Source: a virus. Taken from it: a stretch of DNA of 64,000 nt. The stretch covers positions 49,898 to 113,897 of IMG/VR virus record IMGVR_UViG_3300033149_003115. One strand, written 5' to 3'. The translations under genes and the position numbers were made by a program. A model generated the notes under the pieces. The model saw nothing but the letters and a program-made list of their open reading frames with translations, ran no database searches and was not told the origin of the DNA. Of this stretch, positions 59,041 to 64,000 are shown piece after piece; the first letter of the stretch is position 1; every line of letters begins with the position of its first letter.

Positions 59041-59793
59041 TTGAAAAAGGATATGTCTTTAAACTTTGTAATAAGGGAGATAATAGGATACACCATAGTG
59101 GAAGATGATGAGATAGTGGAAACTGGTACTATCCAAGCTAACACCGTTCTGGATCATACCTTTGAGTCTATTATTAGAGCTCTGGCTAATGATAGTTGGA
59201 ATGCTAACACTTTTTCTTTATCTACTCCTCAGCTAGTGCTCAAGAATGACCTTGGACAGTTATCAACTCAGGATGCTTCAAAGGAGCTCCAACCATCTGG
59301 CGTCTCATCTGGATCTGCAACACTGGTGATAAGTAACACAGCTTCACCTTTCTCTGGTCCTGGTACTTTCGTAACAGTTCTAACACAGAATGCTAATTAT
59401 CCAGGAGGGTATTTCAACTCTATATCAGCATTTACTATTGCTATAGGGTCAGGACAAGAGATCTCTTTCACTATTAAGGATATATTCTCAGATCTTAACA
59501 ACTATGGGAACTGGTATTGTGGGGATATATTGTATGGTAACCAGAGCTCCATTACATCAGGTGTATGGGTTAATACAGGATTACAAGATAGAACAGTCTC
59601 AGTTGATTGCTCTAGAGATGGTAACACCTTAACAGTCACAACAACCACCAGTCCTCCAATAGATGAATATAATATTTATTCTGTTGTCCTCAACTATGAT
59701 AAGAAGTTCCATGCTTTCATTGCGGCATTTGATGTGGATCTCCAGCCAGATCAAGAGCTTTACTCAGAATCTAAGTTCGTCTTCTCAGCTTAG
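59041..59793 (+). CDS. putative virion structural protein (two repeats of the 58567-type domain)
   Basis: NTVLD...; repeat ends GQEISFTIKDIFS and DQELYSESKFVFS versus GQQWWAEVQFVFS. Confidence 0.55.
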   Translation: MKKDMSLNFVIREIIGYTIVEDDEIVETGTIQANTVLDHTFESIIRALANDSWNANTFSLSTPQLVLKNDLGQLSTQDASKELQPSGVSSGSATLVISNTASPFSGPGTFVTVLTQNANYPGGYFNSISAFTIAIGSGQEISFTIKDIFSDLNNYGNWYCGDILYGNQSSITSGVWVNTGLQDRTVSVDCSRDGNTLTVTTTTSPPIDEYNIYSVVLNYDKKFHAFIAAFDVDLQPDQELYSESKFVFSA

Positions 59794-59812
59794 AATTAGG
59801 AGTGTGAAGAAA

Positions 59813-60337
59813 TTGGGTAGAACCTGTAAGCTCTGTACATCTATCCACAGAGCTGAATATGAGGAGATGAGGTTAAAGCAACACTTGACATATAGAGAGA
59901 TAATACAAATAGCTAAGAACAAGTATGGAGAGAGATTCACCAATAGATGTCTAAGTAATCACTTCAACAAGCATGTGGAGGAATACCTCAAGGCTAGTAT
60001 TAAGTCAGCTAAGCAGAGAAGTCAGCTGATAAAGGAGAGCTTGGAAAAGAACATAGCAGCTGTTAATCTGATCACCAAGTCCTTACAAGAGCTTGACAGT
60101 CAGCTGGAGAGGGTGATCAATAAACCAGATGATCCAGATGCCAGGAAGGAGAGTAGGGAGATCATTAGTAAGATAGATGACATACTAAACACGGCTCTCA
60201 AGTATAGTGAGAAGCTTGGAGTAGAGGAAACAGTCACAGATGAGGAGATATACGATAGGTTGTTATATTCCATAGAGCCTCTGGATGTAGATGATATACA
60301 GACAGTAAAGAAGAGATGGAAAGAATATACCAAGTGA
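59813..60337 (+). CDS. putative terminase small subunit
   Basis: TTG start after AGGAG; CKLC...H...H, HTH-like segment, coiled coil; immediately before TerL. Confidence 0.6.
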   Translation: MGRTCKLCTSIHRAEYEEMRLKQHLTYREIIQIAKNKYGERFTNRCLSNHFNKHVEEYLKASIKSAKQRSQLIKESLEKNIAAVNLITKSLQELDSQLERVINKPDDPDARKESREIISKIDDILNTALKYSEKLGVEETVTDEEIYDRLLYSIEPLDVDDIQTVKKRWKEYTK

Positions 60338-60343
60338 TAAACA

Positions 60344-61693
60344 ATGGATCCAGAGACAAGGATGCAGCTACTTATTTGGTACAAGTCTCCCACTAAGTTC
60401 TATGAGGATTTATATGGTCATCCTCCTTTTCCTTACCAGGCAAGAGTGCTAAAGTTTATACCTAAGCTCAGAAGACTAATGATCCTCTCGGCTTCAGGCA
60501 CTGGAAAGTCGGAGCTATTAGCTGGGATAGGACTTTGGTTATGTATTCCATATTCTTATTATATTAAAAGATCTTATGACGTTATTATACTAGCTGGATC
60601 TCAAGATCAAGCTAGGAGCTTGTATAACTACACTTCAGAGATACTCCCAGAGCATCCAGTCTTATCCAAGCTAGTAGATGGAGAGGTACAAGTGACTCAA
60701 TGTAGATTCAAAACTGGTTCTATGATCAGAGCTTTACCAACATCACTAAAGTCAGTACAGGGTAAACACACCCCATGTGTTATCATAGATGAAGCTGTCT
60801 TAGCTGGTGATTTCTTTATTAAAGATGCTTATCGTATAGTCGGAGGGTTCCCAGATTCTAGGATCATACTAAGTGGTACTCCCATGGAATATAGTAGCTT
60901 ATTTGTAGAGATGTGGGATGATCTAAAGAACTACCCAGATTACTTCTCTAAGGACAAACCTGATCCCTTGGACTGGGCTAGGTTCTCATGGTCTGTAATG
61001 GAGTGTCCCAGGATAACAAAGGAGGAAGTAGAGGAGGCTAAGAGAAGACTCTCAGATGAGCAGTTCTCTATATTCTGGTTAGGTAAACCCTATCCTGTTA
61101 CTAACACTGTAGTTCCAGTTGAACTGATCAGGAGACAATCGATAGGTTATTCTAAGTTCCAATACGACCCTGCTCATAAAGTAGGTAAGATCATATTTGG
61201 AATAGACTGGGGTATGACAGACAGATCAGTCTTAGTGATAGTCCAGATATTGGATGATCAATACAGAGTGTTGGAAATAGATGAGTGGAGAGGACAGAGA
61301 TACGAGAATGTTCATGACTGGATCAAGGCTTATGCTATTAAATACAAGCCAGATCACATCTTTGTAGATCTTAACCCCAAGGGAGAATCCTCAAGATGTG
61401 TTGATAGGTTGATGCCACTAGGGTTTGATGTTAAGGCTATTAACATGGGTCAAGAGAGAGGATCCTTACAGGTTAGGATGAAGTACCTGTTTGAACATTC
61501 TAAGATAATAATACCTCAGGATGATGAGTTTCAACCTCTGTTAAATGAGATCAAGAGGTACACATGGGATCAAATAAAGAATGATGACAGGGTGACAGCT
61601 CTGATGTTATCCCTAAAGAACATTAACGAAGAGGAATACCAGGATCAGTTCTACTACAAGATATCATCATTTAAGAGAAAACGATTATGGTAG
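60344..61693 (+). CDS. terL: terminase large subunit
   Basis: PYQ, Walker A SGTGKS, Walker B VIIDEA, SGTP, nuclease GIDWG and DDRVTAL. Confidence 0.93.
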   Translation: MDPETRMQLLIWYKSPTKFYEDLYGHPPFPYQARVLKFIPKLRRLMILSASGTGKSELLAGIGLWLCIPYSYYIKRSYDVIILAGSQDQARSLYNYTSEILPEHPVLSKLVDGEVQVTQCRFKTGSMIRALPTSLKSVQGKHTPCVIIDEAVLAGDFFIKDAYRIVGGFPDSRIILSGTPMEYSSLFVEMWDDLKNYPDYFSKDKPDPLDWARFSWSVMECPRITKEEVEEAKRRLSDEQFSIFWLGKPYPVTNTVVPVELIRRQSIGYSKFQYDPAHKVGKIIFGIDWGMTDRSVLVIVQILDDQYRVLEIDEWRGQRYENVHDWIKAYAIKYKPDHIFVDLNPKGESSRCVDRLMPLGFDVKAINMGQERGSLQVRMKYLFEHSKIIIPQDDEFQPLLNEIKRYTWDQIKNDDRVTALMLSLKNINEEEYQDQFYYKISSFKRKRLW

Positions 61694-61820
61694 ATCTCTA
61701 AGATACTTGTTTTAGAGATCTTAATCTCCTACCTTACGTTATTAATTTTAAAAAATATAGCTAACACATATACAGGTCAGATATGATGTTTTCCCTTCCT
61801 GTTTCTAAAATCTTATTCGT

Positions 61821-61931
61821 TTATTTCCTACGTAAGGCTCTAATGCAAGAGATATGGACAGCTTTATGGTTCCTCAAATACACACAATCTAGAGCTTTTA
61901 CTTCTTTACCACATATAGAGCATTTTTCCAT
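61821..61931 (-). CDS. tiny Zn-finger protein; absent from the ORF track
   Basis: MEKCSICGKEVKALDCVYLRNHKAVHISCIRALRRK. Confidence 0.5.
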   Translation of the reverse strand: MEKCSICGKEVKALDCVYLRNHKAVHISCIRALRRK

Positions 61932-61942
61932 ATCTGATCCCT

Positions 61943-62485
61943 TCATAGGAATTTAACCTTAAGGTTATGGCTATTAGCTGTTTGTCTCCATAACGCTTTA
62001 CTGTATGGCTTACCATTATAATGAAGCTTCTGAAGGGTTGAGAATACTCTATGGATTTTGTTATGTTCTATCCTCTTGAACGTTTTAAACTCTTTAGGAT
62101 CAAACCTCATTCTTTTAAATCTATTATCAGCTACGAATACCGTTTTAGCTCTGATCTCTTTTTCCACATCCTTCTTAAACTCTAATATCTCATCTTTTGA
62201 GATTTGGGATATATGTTTTTCAACCCTTCTAACCAAGAGCTGATCTTCATACAGAGCTACGAGATATGTAGCTCTATATTTTCCACACCGTTCGGGTTTT
62301 TCTTTTTCAGCTGTTTCATCATAGATTACTCTTACCAATTTAGAATAGAAGCTGTTTGCATATGTTCGTTTACCGAACCCTTGGATGATAGCTCTTACCT
62401 CTCGTTTGTCTATCAGATCATAATGTCTCCAGAGCTTAGCTAGATACCAGTTTTGGTATTTCTTCTTGAACGCCATTTTTCTCAA
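61943..62485 (-). CDS. hypothetical basic protein
   Basis: 180 aa K/R-rich ORF with GAGGT RBS. Confidence 0.6.
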   Translation of the reverse strand: MRKMAFKKKYQNWYLAKLWRHYDLIDKREVRAIIQGFGKRTYANSFYSKLVRVIYDETAEKEKPERCGKYRATYLVALYEDQLLVRRVEKHISQISKDEILEFKKDVEKEIRAKTVFVADNRFKRMRFDPKEFKTFKRIEHNKIHRVFSTLQKLHYNGKPYSKALWRQTANSHNLKVKFL

Positions 62486-62719
62486 CCTCGTTTTTTCTTT
62501 AAAGAATATACTAGATCGTTTATAAGCTTAACCATCCTCCATAGACATGTTTAAGCCTTATTTTAGGCTTATTTGAAGCTATTGGCATCTAGAAGGATCA
62601 TTCTTCTTTACATGATCATGTTAATTTATGTTCTCAATTGAGAGCGTTTTTTAACATAGATGTATCAACCCTAAATCTTTTATATAACATATGTACAAAC
62701 ATAAGGAACGTGATCCAAA

Positions 62720-63277
62720 ATGAACGAAACAAAAGAGAACAACACAATGACCATAGAAGAGGATCAAGAGAATAATGGGAACTGTTTCCACTATCAAGAG
62801 TGGGATCGATGTCTCCATTATTCCAACAACCATAGAGAACTGGGATATTGTCCACATTACAATAACGGTAAATGTGAACTGTTTCCAGTGTACCCAAAAA
62901 TATTCAAAGACCCTAGATGTGTGGCTATTGATACCTTTAGAACAAAACATCCAATAAAGGATCGAATACCCCTAATGTGTGCCTTATATGGTCATGAATG
63001 GGGGGAACTGATCAGAGACTTGGATACTGGTATTCTCTATCGGGAATGTCAGAGATGTAAACAAACCCAAGTAGCATCTATTGAGGAACATTCAAGGCAT
63101 AGGGTAATTAAAGGGAAATTCCTTTTGGAGGAATGGGACGGTAAAACATTGATCTCTATTATCCCTAATGAACTTTCGTACCCCTTGGCTAAAGAGCTTC
63201 TGGATAAACGCAATGAGACACTCTTGATCCTCCATAAGGGAAAGGGACAGCTAACAATTTATCAACATGATCCCTAA
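62720..63277 (+). CDS. hypothetical Cys/His-containing protein
   Basis: C..YGHEW...CQRC motif; followed by a T-tract. Confidence 0.55.
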   Translation: MNETKENNTMTIEEDQENNGNCFHYQEWDRCLHYSNNHRELGYCPHYNNGKCELFPVYPKIFKDPRCVAIDTFRTKHPIKDRIPLMCALYGHEWGELIRDLDTGILYRECQRCKQTQVASIEEHSRHRVIKGKFLLEEWDGKTLISIIPNELSYPLAKELLDKRNETLLILHKGKGQLTIYQHDP

Positions 63278-63297
63278 CCCTTACCCCTTTTTTTTCA

Positions 63298-63342
63298 TAA
63301 GTGTTAAGCTCTTAAGTGTTAAGCTCTTGAGTATTAAGCTCT
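63298..63342. repeat. three tandem 15-bp repeats (TAAGTGTTAAGCTCT)
   Basis: Two exact copies plus TGAGTATTAAGCTCT, in non-coding DNA. Confidence 0.85.
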
Positions 63343-63572
63343 ATACCTTATTGATGTTCTAGGGTCTTTAGGGTAAATATTAGAAGGATAGAAATACCGA
63401 ATACGGAGACATAAGGAAAATAACTGGAACCCTAACATTCAACCCTCAAGGGATCGGAAAATAACCTTATTTTTTCCTTTATTTTAACGTCTTACCCATC
63501 CAAATTCGTAACCTTTAAATATCCTTTTGGCTTATCCCTATAACGCTAAACCACAAAAGGAGATATCGGGAA

Positions 63573-63875
63573 ATGCCTTTTTCCGTAGCGGGAACGGAAC
63601 TCAAGACAGCCAAAACAGTCGAAGTATCTAGGATTGATATCCTAGAGACCGATCTAGAAGCCTTCTGCAACATGCAAGGGATACCTTACTACTCTAAATA
63701 CTACACCAACAAAGACGGAAAAGAGATATCCAACGCTTCTAAAAGACGTAAAGCAAGAGAAGCTATGAGCCAGTTCGTACACATGATCATCGAAAGTGTC
63801 CAAGAAGCCAAACCAGATAAAGACGGAGTAAGACACATATCAGTTAGCTTCTTACCTCCAAAACAAAGTAGCTAA
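63573..63875 (+). CDS. hypothetical protein
   Basis: TTTAAATA TATA-like box near 63514, GGAG RBS, T-run terminator near 63887-63895. Confidence 0.65.
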   Translation: MPFSVAGTELKTAKTVEVSRIDILETDLEAFCNMQGIPYYSKYYTNKDGKEISNASKRRKAREAMSQFVHMIIESVQEAKPDKDGVRHISVSFLPPKQSS

Positions 63876-64000
63876 CTGATCCCTTCTTTTTTTTTAGTGT
63901 TAAAGGTTGTGTTTGTTCATATGCCTTTAATGATAGACAATAAAGAGCTAGAAGTTTTAAAGGGTAAGAGAAACAGAGCCATTACTAAAGTAATTGATTA

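Noticed and set aside
63298-63342. CRISPR or mini-CRISPR array
   Set aside because: Repeats are 15 bp and directly adjacent, with no spacers
1-64000. tRNA/rRNA genes, integrase, and the many antisense ORFs in the track
   Set aside because: No cloverleaf or recombinase motifs recognised; the antisense ORFs overlap well-supported genes and are S/L/I-rich shadows

Overview
The whole window reads as part of a tailed archaeal dsDNA virus (Caudoviricetes, siphovirus-like). An anaerobic, possibly thermophilic host is inferred, and a DUF2153-like gene hints at Bathyarchaeia/TACK. Layout: (1) 1-21 kb, + strand: AAA ATPase tail, Trm1-like methyltransferase, DHH nuclease, RadA, XPF, ParB, PolB, trypsin-like protease, a displaced portal, NrdDG and many small Zn-finger proteins; (2) 21.4-33 kb: a glycosylation island (GT4 with intein, three radical SAM enzymes, UbiA, GT2-phosphatase, epimerases); (3) 33.5-47 kb, - strand: head-tail joining genes, two paralogous major capsid proteins, scaffolds, prohead protease, and large LigD-phosphoesterase and DNA-ligase polyproteins; (4) 47-61.7 kb, + strand: tail tube, frameshifted chaperone, tape measure, baseplate, LamG fibre, a Cys-every-third-residue protein pair with a radical SAM/SPASM maturase, and terminase. 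Best novelty candidates: a ranthipeptide-like (Cxx)n + rSAM/SPASM system embedded in the tail module; about 10 small proteins sharing a C-terminal tag; a probably capsid-packaged DNA end-repair kit carrying a copy of the capsid N-terminal peptide; and a homing endonuclease that replaced the 3' half of its host gene. All family assignments come from motifs read by eye, not from database searches.
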